From NCBI GenBank assembly GCA_964247055.1, contig OZ176053.1, positions 10,850,001 through 10,914,000 of the forward strand: a DNA stretch of 64,000 nucleotides, in the 5' to 3' direction. Positions 37,201 to 51,100 of this stretch are shown piece after piece. A model generated the notes under the pieces. That model did no database searches. It saw nothing but the letters and a program-made list of their open reading frames with translations, and was not told the origin of the DNA. The first letter of the stretch is position 1, and every line of letters begins with the position of its first letter. Made by a program: the position numbers and the translations under genes. This DNA comes from Paragordius varius. Taxonomy: Eukaryota > Animalia > Nematomorpha.

Positions 37201-40200
37201 GAATCGACGACTGCATTTTTATCGGTTATTTGAATTTCACTCTCCATTTTTGTTGTTTTAGGAGGCAATCCACATAAAGAAAGAGCAAAATAGGGAATTT
37301 CGAAAGATATGTGTTTTCTAAATGTTTTTTTACATTCATAAATATATATACGTTCAGTGATGTCCGAAAAAATAAAGGACGTAATATATGTAGAACTAAA
37401 GTAAAAGTGTATTAGAGAGCTAAATTTCAAAAAATAAAGCAAATCAGATTTCGAAATTCTATTATTTCTCAATATAATCAATGAATAAGGACATTATAGA
37501 GGGAGTAAGTTCTTTTACTTAAATAATATGCCTAATTCCATTTAACTTTATAGTAAAATATATGCAATACTACAAAAATCATAAAGCAAAAATGGGTAAT
37601 ATAATTAAAATTTATTGATTATACTTTGGACTTGGGGGTGGAGTCTTTCTAATTGGATCCAATATATTTTCCGTTTTTTCGATGGCTTCATTGAGAGCGT
37701 CACTCGTTTTAACGTTAGACGTTACAGGTCTTGTTGATATTGCGAAGAATGGTAAATTAAAAATTAAATTATCAATAAATAGGATTAGACAAAATGATAC
37801 ATTAAACAGATAAACTTTAACGTATAAATTATTACATATTAGTGTTTGCGGGAAAATATTTAGCCAATGTTTCTGCATCCATTTCCCCGTTTTTTATATC
37901 ATCCAAGTATATACCTTCCACCATCTTTGAGTTTTTTGATTTAACGTCTTCTAAAATTGTTATAGAGCAAGATTAAAATGTAGCTATTATAAATTAACAA
38001 TGTGAAATAATTTATGGTAATTTTAACTTACTTGATTTATTTGTTTCCAATGTGGTTGTGCTCTTAGGTGAAAAGTCGTTTGATCGATTTGGCGTGGATA
38101 TATCTAAATTGGGTTTAATATTTGGCGTCAAATTTTTTTCATTTTGTTTTGTGGTCTCAACATTTTCCACATTGATATCGCTACAATTTTTTTCATTCGA
38201 TTGTTGATCATCACTCCATTCCGATAGTATATTGTTTGTTGTTGTTAAAACGATATTGCTGTTTCTTTTAACGTATGATCTTTTTCGATGATGACTTTGG
38301 ATTGTTTTGTTGTTATCTCTTTTCTTCTCAGGTAATTTACCCCAATTCCATTTCAATCGATCATCGGGCTGTTCTATGGTAGTGATTGGATTATTAATTT
38401 TTTCAAAACTATCTTTACTGTCATATGCGTGATCAGTTACATTGTTTTGATCAGACCGTAATGTTTCGCCACAATTTTCTGTAAAGTTATCCATTGCAAA
38501 AGAATGGTTAGGGTTTAGAGAGGGCATATTGGGTGAATGTAACAAGGGCAAAGAAGGTGATGAAATGTGAGGGAAATGTTTTTTGCCAGTCCGATCACCA
38601 CCACTTTTTAATGCAAGTGTGTTGGGATTTTTAAGGCTTGATAAAAAATTTGGATGATTAGTTATAGTGTTAACATCATCACTCTTTGGTTCTATGATGG
38701 GTGTGATAAAAGTATTAGTAAATGTTTACTTATATAAAAAACTAAATAAATAGTATAACCTTTTACTTTTATAATTAAAGGGTAGGGATTATTGTTTACA
38801 TTAAGGATTCTCAAAGCTTAAACAACCTGTTTTTAGGTTTGTAGTTATATGAAAACAAAAAAAACTTTAGGCACCGTATTTATAGATATCGAGTTAATTT
38901 TAGTTTTCAAAAATTTGTAACCGGCTCCATTGTATACAAGGTGGTTCCTGAGGGTTCTTAAAAAAATAAAACTGGTTCCGAGCGTTGAGCTGCGTTTCCG
39001 TTTATATTGTGCAATAATTGATTTATATAGCATGCAATACATTATCATCATTTATGATTTGTTTTCAATAAAATATTATAAATGTTAACAGAATTTAACA
39101 ATTGATGACAGAAAATTCAAAATGATTCTTTATTAATTTCGTGAGTTATATAATATTATACATAATTACAATAGAAAATAATAAATACATCCTATTAAAA
39201 TATATTTCCAAAAAGCTTTTAAGGGCATATATAAAAAAAACTACACGATAAAAAATAAAAGTTATACCAGCAGCAAAGGGATGACTAAATTGTTCCGCGG
39301 AATTAGAGTCGCTAAATCCAAATGGGAAAAATACCGTTGATGTAGGAAGTTCTGAATCACTGCGATATCTGGGTGAACCGTCCATGTTTAGGCGAGATTT
39401 ATTACAGTTTGGGATTTGGTGATTAAAACTGTCAGATTAAATAAAAAATAATTATGATATGGTTATAATGAAAATGAGTTTTTCAAAAAAGTTAATTGTA
39501 TCAAATTAATTATTTTATTCCCTATATTCCCAACATACAATATACGATTATAAGCCAATCACAAAGGATATTGTTAAAATACAATGTCAAGTTAATTCTA
39601 ATCGAATTGAAAAAAATATTAAATGTAAAAGTTTACCTACAACAATCTTGAGAGCAGGTTTGAGTACCAAAATCAACCAAAATTTTATGATTTTTACCAA
39701 ATTTTATCGTTTGTTGATAAGGTAAATCCACCAGCTGTAAATGTAAATCTTCCATTTCATTTTCAAGGCCTGTATCAAGCGATTGTGCCGATTTCACAAC
39801 ATGTAATGATTGTTGAACAAATTTAGAGGATGATGGTTCAGGTGAAAGTGAACCTACGTAATATGTTTTTAATTTTTTGTAAAATTTTATTTTATAATAA
39901 ATTGATATTGACAAATTTAACAAATTTATTAAAAATTAGTGATAAAATTTTTTAGTTATTTATTGTTTAAAAGTACATTGCCGTTATCATAAAAGTAGTT
40001 TGTGTTACAGTGTACACCTCATCATTAACCTATCCTTATAATCATCTTATATAAATAGACAGTCATCCATAAACTAATTAGTTATGGCTTATATAAAACT
40101 TTTTCATAATTTCTAATAACCATTTTTTTGAATGACAATTAATTTGAAATAAGTACTGACACAGATGGTTAATATGAGTGTGCCCTATAATAATTAAAAG

Positions 40201-41390
40201 CAAAAACGAATAGAAGATAATTAACCTTCCTTCTTAACCGTCAAATTTTTGTTGTGATGATGTCGTAATGGATTAAAACGATGATTATGTTTGTGAGTTA
40301 TTGCATTTCGCTGAGTAACACATTTTTTAACGGTATTTTCCTTTTTATATTTGTCACATGGCATTTCATTATCGCCTAAGATAAAGCTATTATCCCTTTT
40401 ACCATCATTTGGTGTTATATGATTATGGACACAATTTGATTCATGCAAAGCAAAAGGAATATTGGTTTGACAACCAATACTTTTATCTAATAATAATAGT
40501 ATTGGATTAATTACTAAAATATCTGAAACATTGCATTTATTTAAAACTTGAATCGAAAATAGAAATTTAATAAAAAAAAATTTAAGAAAATGTCTTTTGA
40601 TCCCAAAATTTAATTTTATCATAATTTATTCATAATACGAGTTATTAATCGAAACACGTTTTTACGATGATTAATAATTAATGGTTAGCGCAAGTTATGT
40701 AAAGTTATCATACATTTAGTCGTGCCAGATACGGTAGGAGTATCACTTAAAGTATCATCTTCGGCACCAGACCATATGGGCGAAGTGGCCAAAAAATCTT
40801 CATCGCCAGATTGTACAGAGCTAGCATAATCAGTAGTTGCAGAATTAATTCCAATTGTCGGATTAATATTTGGTTGATCTAACACTGGATTACTTCCAAG
40901 ATGATGTTTGGAATCATGTTCATCAATATCAACACCGTTTAATGACTCTTTAAGGGTAACCATATAGTCTCCAGGCAATTTAGCCGCATTACTCCGGAGT
41001 GGAGTATTAGCATTGTCAAAGCTTCCGTGAGATAAGTGTATTTGTGCAATTTGGGATCCAGGTTGAACAAAAAATGCTTCACCAGATTCACCCAATTTCA
41101 TGTGTAAATCATCAATGTATTCCTCATTAATCTCTATATCGACCTATAAGACATTAATATTATATATTTTTTGGAATTTAAAATCATTATTCTAATAGAA
41201 TTACAATTTTTTCACGGCTTCGTATAACACCTAATTTCCCAAACTTTACATGAAAAGGAGAAGACATATAGGTACCATCTTCTTGCCGTATTATTATCAC
41301 ATCAATAGCTCCGCTCAATGTAGCTGGATTAATTTCATCATAGAATCCTTTCATTCCGGATAAAAATTTACCCACATATGTAAAAGCCAT
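31288..41390 (-). CDS. LPIN: Lipin / phosphatidate phosphatase (PAH1 family), multi-exon
   Basis: N-LIP from ATG 41390: [62 protein letters not shown]|VDIEINE...[17 protein letters not shown]: ALSLCG and [11 protein letters not shown]|[16 protein letters not shown]2: [10 protein letters not shown]|[26 protein letters not shown]...[13 protein letters not shown]|[60 protein letters not shown]. The catalytic DIDGT motif is intact. Stop at 31288. Confidence 0.96.
32232..32495. mobile_element. Degenerate copy of the 60220-60567 MITE family in a lipin intron
   Basis: The right end TGGTTGTCTTT...TTTGTCCGTAAAATTACAATTTTTACTG matches 60500-60567. The left part (TATGGACAAAA...AAATATTTTTTTC) resembles 60220-60350. 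Confidence 0.5.
34458..34542. repeat. Perfect 39-bp inverted repeat with a 7-nt loop (intronic hairpin)
   Basis: ATTTATTAAAAAAATTAAGCTGAAATGCGTACAAATATA (34458-34496) is the exact reverse complement of 34504-34542. It lies in the lipin intron between the DIDGTITK and SDVLGHIF exons. Confidence 0.95.
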
Positions 41391-42659
41391 AACCAAATGA
41401 GGATTTTAAAAATTGGATAGGATCAGTTCATATTTGTATCGGATGATATTTATGCATACACTCAAATGTATGTGATAAAATTTTATTGGAATCGGTTCCC
41501 AGTTTGATTAAAAAATAGTTATTGCGTTAAGACGTAAAAATTTTTTCCATGTTATTTAACATTTTAGGAATGAATTAGGTAGCTAAATGATTAAAATTTT
41601 AATACTTTATGACCTTTCTTTTTTTGTCCATGATATATTGGTGTAGTTTTATATCTCAGAGGTATTTTTGTAGTAAGCTATATTTTTGGAAGTTATTTCA
41701 ATCTCATCAAGCATTTTTTAGGCGTGATGGAAATGGTATAAAAACGGTTTTGAATATTAAACACTTTATCTAATTAATATGATGATGCTGAACATTTTAA
41801 TCACCTCAGGATTTCGATTAAAATATTGCTTTGTCCTTAAATTTATTTCAAGTATAAATTTGTTTTTATTTTAAAAATGCATCAAAATTTGGAATAAACA
41901 AACTTTCAAATTAATATTAAAAGGCGATAGAATGAAGCATTTAGTTATATGGAAAAGTGTTTTTATAATATCCAAAACCGTTTCTTACCGTTTCTATCAT
42001 GCATAAAATATGATAAAGTACGCTTCCACAATATTTGCTAAAACTAAATTTTTGTAAAAATTATGCATTTTTGTGGATATTCTTTGTATGAAATTTCATA
42101 GCGTCATCCCAGCGTTTTTGCATTTATTAAAAAAAATATCCCATTTTAAAAAATTTGGGACTTTCGGAGCCTACATAAAATTAAAATATTTTAAAAATAA
42201 TTTTTGCTATTTATAGGTAGTTTATGCGATATTTTAGTGATATTTTTTGGAAAGTTAGCTTTACCAAAAACGTTTTAGTACAAAAATTGAACTCAAATTT
42301 TACCCTTTTTATAAGAAAAACTTACCAAAAAAGTTTTAATAACATTCTTGTATCACCCATAAGGGTCAAACCAAAAGCACTATGACAATCCTGATTTATT
42401 TTCCTATCAGTATATATTTCATCAGCTTATTTTTTATACCCACCGTTTTTTGACGCAGTATTATTAAATAAATTTATTATTTAAGTTTACCTTTGAAGAA
42501 CACCTCTTTTTTAGTTGTGAATACCAGACTCATGAAGAATTCTGGACTATTAATTTTATTATTTTGGTTTATGTTTTTACGGCATTTTTTATTGTATTTT
42601 TTAATCTTGATCATCTGAAAAAAGTTTATACCAAAAAGGTTAATAAATGCTGTAATATT
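41391..42659. promoter_or_regulatory. Putative bidirectional promoter region between lipin and TAF7
   Basis: The divergent ATGs are 1.27 kb apart. This is a positional inference only; no specific core element was identified. Confidence 0.45.
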
Positions 42660-45600
42660 ATGGACAAAAATGTAAAGCAGCCTGTTGTTGCTCCTTTTGA
42701 ATTGGAAAATATATTTATATTAAGGCTGCCTCAGGTTTTAAATATTACTATTTTATGAAGGACGTGGCAGAAAATCTAAACACCAAATTTGAAAACAAAG
42801 AAACAGCAAGGAATATTAAAGACATATTAAAATTGGATTTAAATGTTGAAACCAACAAAGGGATTGTGAAATACAATGAAACACCGCTCTATGGAAAACT
42901 GTACAATGTCCCATGCATTATTGAATGTCTTAAAACATTGGACAGAAAAAATTATTATAAATCCGGTGATATTAGCCAAGTAAAATTTTACATTTTTGAA
43001 TTATTTGCTTATGATTATTATTGAAATCGTTTATTTTAGAATTGAGATTTTTAGATAATTTATACAATAATTTTAAGTGATATACTTAAGTTTATCAAAA
43101 ATGTGGTTTTGATTATTCAGATTAACCAAGTGCAAAAATATTAAATCAAAACTAGCATATTTATAGCTGAGCTAATTTATTTTATAGTGTTAAATTATTC
43201 TTTAAACATTTTTATATTTTTATACTCCATTGTTCTATTTAAACTTTGCATTATTATTATTGCTTCATCTATCAATTACTCATTAAAATTTTTTAAAATT
43301 TAAACAACAAAATTATTTTTAACTTAAATTTACCCTTAAATAAACTACATTTACTAGGTATACCTCCCTAAATGTATTATTACTCACTTTTGTGAAATTT
43401 TAGATTTTAGTTTGTAAAAAAGATCCCTATTCCGACAGTGATGGAGATTCTGGCCTGGCTGATGCTTCTAAGAGTCAAGCTCAATTACGAAAAGAAAGGG
43501 AAAAACGTTTAATGTGGAATCACGGGATAACGCCCCCACTCAAAAATGTCCGAAAACGTCGTTTTCGTAAAATCATTAAGAAAAAAACATTGGATTTGCC
43601 ACAGATTGAACGTGAGGTCAGCTAATATAATCAAATTATAAATGATTATATATACTTTTAACTAAATTGTTATTTGGATTAAAGAGATTACATTATCTCT
43701 GAAATCGATATAAATATATAGAAATTTCTCATAATCAACTAATATGTCATTATGTATTTATCCAAAAAAGATTTAATTTTATGAAATTTTCCACGTTTTA
43801 GCAGTGGGCCTTATTTAGCGTTTTTGATTGTAGCGAAATTTGTTGTTTTTAATTATTTCTTATTGCTTTTAGTTTTATAAATAAGCTAATATTAATAATT
43901 GTTCTATATAATGGAAATTAACATTTGGTATTTGCAAAAATTAAAAACTTAAATTAACCAATCATATATCTATATCACTTTTCTTTCCCATGGAAGAATT
44001 GATAACATTTTATGTAAATGTAAATACTTTAGGTACGGAGATTACTTCAAGCTGATAATGAAGCACAAAAAGTTACCTGGCAATTGATTTATGATGAACC
44101 TCCACCACAATCCAGTAACATACCGAGTACAGATGGAAAAACTCTAGAGTCTAAACAGACTACCTCTCATCAAGAAAATGAATTGCCAACAGACAAAACA
44201 TCCGCAAACCAAATCTCAAATGCCGAACAAACTACAGTAAAAAATTACCAATATAAATATAAAGAAATTTATTGATCATTGATTGATTTATCCTATATAT
44301 ATAACAAATTTGACTACGAATTTTATATAAAATTGAGTTGGTGTTACCAATTTATATTTCGTAACCCTAAACGATATGTTACATGAAAAATAGTCAAATA
44401 AAAAATATAGTTTATTCATGAAATATATATTTAAGTTTTTATTTTATGTTTTATTTTTACTGTATATCACACAGGATGGAGAGAAAATGGGTGTAATCGC
44501 TGCAAACAATGAAATAGCATCTCAAACAAGGAACGGAACTGAACACATTTTGTTGAGTGGAGAAGCTAGGAAAGAAGATATTGGTATGTTTTTGCAGTAT
44601 TTTCTGCGATCAAGTTTTTATGGTTAATCGTTTATTTGTGTTAAACATTTTTTCTACAATAGAATCTCAGTTTTCCGAGATTGACGTATCCTCTTCACAA
44701 GCTATCGGTAATTATATTTAAAATACTTTGGAAGCATTTTTTTGTTTAATAAAATATATTTTTTATTGCTATTACACGATTTTTAACTAGGATTGCTTTG
44801 ATATCGACATTTTGAAATTACTTTGCCATTTTAATGAGATATATTTGGATTTAGAGATTATTTGTAATATCCCAGTCTGTTAAATTTTTACGAACAACAC
44901 TATATTTGCCCAGTATGATTTATGTTTATTCGGTAATCCATATACAACTAATTTTGGTAAAATGTTTTATAAGTTACATATATGATTTGTGAAACACAAG
45001 TCAAATATTTTCGACTGATGAGTGCTAATAATTGCGAAACTCCTTTACGGTTATTATTAGCAATGGTGTATTATCAAAATGTGTAAATTGAATAGGGCAA
45101 CTCTAAGTTGTTTGTAAGATGCCCATTTATTGAAATGTTAACGGCTGCTATTTTTATTTCTTTCAACTTAATCAGTATATTAGTTGTTGCGTGAATAATT
45201 TATATACTCTTAATTAGCTCGCCTGTAAACAGTGGATCCCCTTTAATAAACCCCCTCTATCATAGAGAGCGTTTTTTAAATTAACAGTGCGCTATATACA
45301 ATTAGCTATCATGCACTTTTCCGATTTTTTATAAGGTCCTAATTTATTAAGTTATAATCGGTCCAAGTTGAAACCTTTCAACAAATAAGTTTATGGTTAT
45401 TTTGGAACTCTCATAATCAGCTATAAATATAAAAATTTATATATTTCCAAATATATGTAGGATAGATTTTATCACTTAAATTTTACCTGAAAAATTTAAA
45501 TTTTATACACCTTTTTAAAAGGGGGTGATGATGCAGATAATTTTTCTCAAAATTGATGTCATTATGGGGGGAAGAGGAGTGGGTAGGGTCCACTATAAAA

Positions 45601-46883
45601 CTATTTTCGTTTGATAAAATATTTATACGATGCACATTTTACTTTTTATTGTAGGTGAAACCGATTTATTCGGCGAAGCCCTGAGCAGTAGTGAAAGCAG
45701 TATAATAGCAAGTCATAACGATAACAGCAGCATTATTGATGATGCTGAGAGTGAGGACGAACAAATCCTTTCAGACCTGGAAGAAAATAATGGTCCCCTA
45801 CCATCTCCACAAACTACAATACATCACGATGAAGATAAAATTTCTACTATTATTACATCTCAAAATGATCAACAAAACCCTTCTGATTTGAATAACCCAG
45901 AAAATCGGGATAATATATATGACACGGCAAACAAGGGTAAAGTTTTTAAATAATTGTTTGGGACGGTAAATTCTTTGAATTTAACCAATAATAATAGCTC
46001 ATATAATATTAAATTTACTTGGCAATATTGTTATCCATATGAATTTTAATTATGTTAAACTTTCAATTTTTTTTAAAATAAAATGTTTACAATCACTGAA
46101 TTTCTTATTTTATTAACTTTTTAATACATGTGATAGTCTTCTCATTATATAGTTTTTCGATTTTATTCTGTTTTGAAAAGATAAGAAAATATTTTTTTTA
46201 ATAGATATATACCTATGTATTGATTGTTTAATAAATATTATTTATATAATTTTTAGAAACTAATGCTGTTGGGACACTGGATGAGGTATGAAATATTTTG
46301 CCCTTTTTTTTCTTTATAATTATTAATATCTATTCCAATCCGACCATGATTCATTTAATTTAACTTTTTACGCATAACAATAATAGAAATTTGGTTCTGG
46401 TGACAATGCACCTGAATACGGAAAAACAGATTTAATAAACGAAGAAAATGATGATAATACCTTTTCTAACATTCGTGAATCTTTAGCCTTACTTGGGCAA
46501 ACTGATTTAGGTAATTATTTGTGAAGTATACTAAGTACCTTTTTTAATATTTTTTTTTTCATTTTTTGAAAAATTTTTATATATTCGTTTTGATTGATAT
46601 ATTATTTTGATTAACGTTATTTTCATCATATTTGTCAATTATGAAAAACATATAATTCATATTTTTAAGCCGTAATTTTTTATTCTAAATTGTGCATACA
46701 GATAAATCTGCCCGACAAATTGAACTTGAATCCAAATTGGAAAATATCCTGGATAAAAAAAGGTCACACCTGGCTGATATTGAAAAAATTGAGAATCCTG
46801 CCTTAAGATTGCGATTTCAACGATTAATCACCGATTTAGAAACACAAGAAACTGAAATACGAAATCAATTGGAAAATAATTAG
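42660..46883 (+). CDS. TAF7: TFIID subunit TAF7 (TAFII55), multi-exon
   Basis: ATG 42660 gives MDKNVKQPVVAPFELENIFILRLPQ, then LYNVPCIIECLKTLDRKNYYKSGDISQ|ILVC, WNHGITPPLKNVRKRRFRK...PQIERE|VRRLLQADNEA, an acidic middle region (SSSESS, DDAESEDE), and the C-terminal coiled segment ENPALRLRFQRLITDLETQE. Stop at 46881-46883. Confidence 0.95.
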
Positions 46884-48117
46884 ATTAAAAATATTATAGC
46901 TCCCACATAATTTATTAATTTAATATTTGATACATATATGCAAAAAACAAATGTAATAAAAACATAAATGAATATATATATAAACATATGATTTTTGTAC
47001 TCACCTTAAAGTTTTGCGTTAATACGTATTCAAGTATGTGATACAAAAGATTTTGGATGAATCCTTTTAGTATTTATCTAAAAAATGACTAGATTGATTA
47101 ATAGGTTATTAATCTCATAAAAGGGGACAAATTATTTGATACAAAATTATTTAAATTTGGTTAAACAAAGATTATTTTGATACAAACCGAGTATTGTTAA
47201 TAATAATAAACGACTGATAAAATTGGTGACTAGAGATATGATATTACAATTGTGGAGTTATGCATAAAAAAACAAAAAATATATATTCAAATTGTTTTTA
47301 TGAGCAGCCTGTTGGAATCGTATGAATGTAAAATATGTATAAAAAGTAAAATGTTTTAATGATTATATATTATATTTCTCATATCAATTATTTATATTAA
47401 TCACTGACAATAAATTTCGTTTATGAAAATATTTGATTAGATTGCACATATTAGATGTATAAAAAATATATTCAAATAGCTAAAATGACAAATTATTTAC
47501 GTATGTATGTTGTGAAACCTTAGACTAGACTAAATAAAAATATTTTTTCGATATTTCCTACGTTTTGTTATCAAAATAAAAAATAGATTTCACAGCAAGT
47601 TTAAAACATCAGTTTTTTCCTATGAAAAAATGATTTATAATATATTTGGCGCATTATTAGCATCTTTGTCAGAATGATGGCTAGCTAGGAGGGCTTCATC
47701 AAAAATTGAGGTGCTTTTTGCAGGCTAAAAAACCATTAAATAAATAGATTTTATATAATACATTTCAACATACTTTTTACATTATAAATAATATAGGTGA
47801 ATAATAATTTAAAATTATCCACACAGTTTTTTAAACTTCTGTATACCATATTTTCAAATAATGAAATTTTTTATACTTTGCTATAATTTTGGGGAACCAT
47901 GACTTATAATACATAAGTAAGTATATCTTGCTAATTTTAATATAACCATATTCCATATATAGCAAAAATGATTATTAAATAATAGTAAAAGTAAAAAATT
48001 ACTTGCAGCCATGAAATAATATATGCCCCGTTAAAATTTAATGAAAAACTTGAAATGTATACAGTAACTCATAGATATATATTTTTTTAAAAAATTCAAA
48101 CTGTAAAATAAAAATGA

Positions 48118-51100
48118 TTAATATAATTTTGTTACATCCAAAATGACAGAATCCGGGTGACTAGCTATAATATGAGGGCTGTCCTTCAAGTATGGAGGAG
48201 GTGTAAGTGTTATGTTTGGCGTCAAATTTTTAGGAATTTGAAAATCATCGTCGCCAATAGCAATGGTAAATTTTGATCGTTTTTGATCCTTAGGGTCAGT
48301 TTCATGTACTTGATGTTTATCACTTATAAAAATAAAAAAATATATTGCCATTAAATATATGTAAAAATAACATGATAAGGTGAAAATTTTATACTAAATC
48401 TCTCAAAAAAAGATTACGGAGATATAACAATTTAGACATATAAAATAATTTAATATTAATATATACTTATCAATATCCGGTTCACTATGAAGTGGGGATA
48501 GATGCTTTGCCGCTGAACTCAATTTTTTGGTACTTTCGCTTTGTTTTTTGCGCGATTTGTTGGAACTTTGACCTATTAATACAATTGCATGCATAATAGG
48601 TTGGTTTTAAAAAGTCCTAGCTAAATTTTGTTTAAACAAATTGCATTCTTATAAAATATATATATGGTAAAAACAAGGAAACTTAGGAAAAATAATAAAA
48701 GCACTAAAGTAATTTGCAATTACTTTCCACATTGCTTAAAGTTTTATTTTTTATATTCAAGTTACAACAGAATACACTATACGCCTAACAATGTACCATT
48801 TAATGCAGACATATCGCTGGTGGACGCAGAATTTATAAATTTTTCTTTTGCCAATGATTTCCAAATGGCCGTTTTTTCCACCTCTCGTGTTATGTTCATC
48901 GCATCAACCATGGATAGAGTGTGAGGTAAATGTCCCTTATCATTTATTTGATGATGATGATTGATGTTACCAGCTTGAGAATTTACAGACAGTTTTCCTC
49001 CATTATGATGTGGATGTGATACAGCGCTCGTGGTCGGTGTAACTTTTGAACCTAATGACACCTTTTTATATTCATTCGGATACGTAGGGGGACCATTCTT
49101 ATTTGCTGAATCTAATTTAGATGTTTAAAATTTATTTTATTAAAATTGTTAAATTTTAAGCAAACCCGTTAACAAATTGCCATTAGATTGAGAATAAAAA
49201 TTTTATTAACAAATTACCATTTTGTATGGTCGGTATGTGTTCACTTTGATCTTCACCCGTTTTGGGAATGAGTAATTCCTGTGCTTCTATATCAATATTT
49301 TGAGGTCTCTCGGGTTTTTTGGACTAACGTAAATATATTAGACCGGTTAGTACACAATTAATTATTTAAATTAGTCAAATATTTAAATCATTCAGAGGAA
49401 AATAATATTACCAAAATATTGAAAGGATATGATCTCGATTCAGGGTATTTTTGATGATTTGTAGTTTTTTCGCCCTTGGTAGAATTATTCTTAATTTCTT
49501 CATTGTTAGGGGTTTCATCTAAAACATTAAGAGATACTAAACTTCCATAAAATTTCATAAATTAAAAAAATGCATTAAAAATTACCTATAAGCTTAGCAT
49601 TTTCGGTATGCGGCCCTTGATTATTAATTAAAACATGGTTAGGATTGGTTTGTGTAAACCCTTTTTTAAGGTATCGTTCAACAGAACCTATATCACCCTT
49701 TTTAAAACCTTTCGCTGGACCAGACGATACCATAGAGGAAGATGAAAGTCTGAAATATTTTTTCATTGGGTTCAATGATGAGTCTCGACTCCCTTTATGG
49801 AAAATATGGTAAATTTTAAATTATAAATATCCACCATAAAAAGTAAAACACTATTTTTTTTAAGAATATTTATTTTAGTTTCATTTTATATTATAACTTA
49901 TCAATTTACAATAAAAATAAAGATTATATTACAAAATATAAAAATCATGACAAATATTTTATGCGCACAAAGAATACCTTATTGATCTTAATTTATTTTT
50001 TATTATAACCTATAGTTTTGATTTTTAAATTACAAGAACAAATATCAACAACATTTCTAAATATATTCATATAAAAACTGTTTAATATATATGTATATAT
50101 TGGCGGAAGGAAATACTTACGTTGATTTATAGATAATTTTTTGGCAAACGGATTAATCCGATACATAAAATGAGCAAATTGACTTGGTTTATGAACGCGC
50201 ATGTTAGCGCGATTGCCTTTTAAATAATTCTCAGGATCATTAACATTGGTAATATTATTATTGGGTTCGTAAGCATCATTTTCTTGATCGGTAGAGAGTG
50301 CTAAAAAAAGAAGAGAACTTTATACATTGTTCCTCTGCCCTAAAATAATTTAATTTATATAATGTCTTTTTGAAATAAGGAACATCAAAAATAATTAAGC
50401 CATTGTAAATATGTCTTTCTAATACTTTTAATATAAAATTCTAGATATGAAAATTGCATAATTTGTTTATTCGCCCGGTTTGTTAAAAAAACTTATTAAA
50501 AGCAGGGGAGAGACATTAAAATAAATTTATGTAAATTATAAAATTTAAATATAAGCTAAAGAAGTATTAGCAGTTTATAAATATTTAAAATTATACGAGA
50601 ATGGTCCAAATCAATGTTTTTTCCTTTATCTGATTCCGGCATTAAATCATCTAGAATGCTAAGTTCGCGCTGAGTGAATATTTTTTCCATAAGTTTTCGG
50701 ATAGCAACTAAAGCTGCAACCTAAAATTATTTAACAATACATTTCAAATTCATCAACAAATTAATAAACTATTATAATAATAACCGAAACCGTGTTTTTC
50801 ATATTTTTATTTTTAATATAAACCGCTAAAAATGTTATGAATATTATTTTTGATTTTTATATTTTTTCATTCAAAAAACAAAATATCGCTACTTAGAATA
50901 TAAAAAAAATAAATTCCAATTCCATTTGAATAAAATTAAAAGCGAGACCCATATGTTTTGCTAAAAAATAAAAACGACACCATCTGGCCATCAAAGTTTT
51001 TTTTTAACAATTATTCACCGGTACTATTCCTTGATAAATATTTCAAATTTATTTTGTAAATTTATAATTTGTGGGAAAATACCATGATAGGGAAACATAT

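Noticed and set aside
45240-45597. Possible Tc1-like MITE (CAGTGGATCCCC ... GGGTCCACTA) in a TAF7 intron
   Set aside because: The termini are too degenerate and no clean TA TSD is present.
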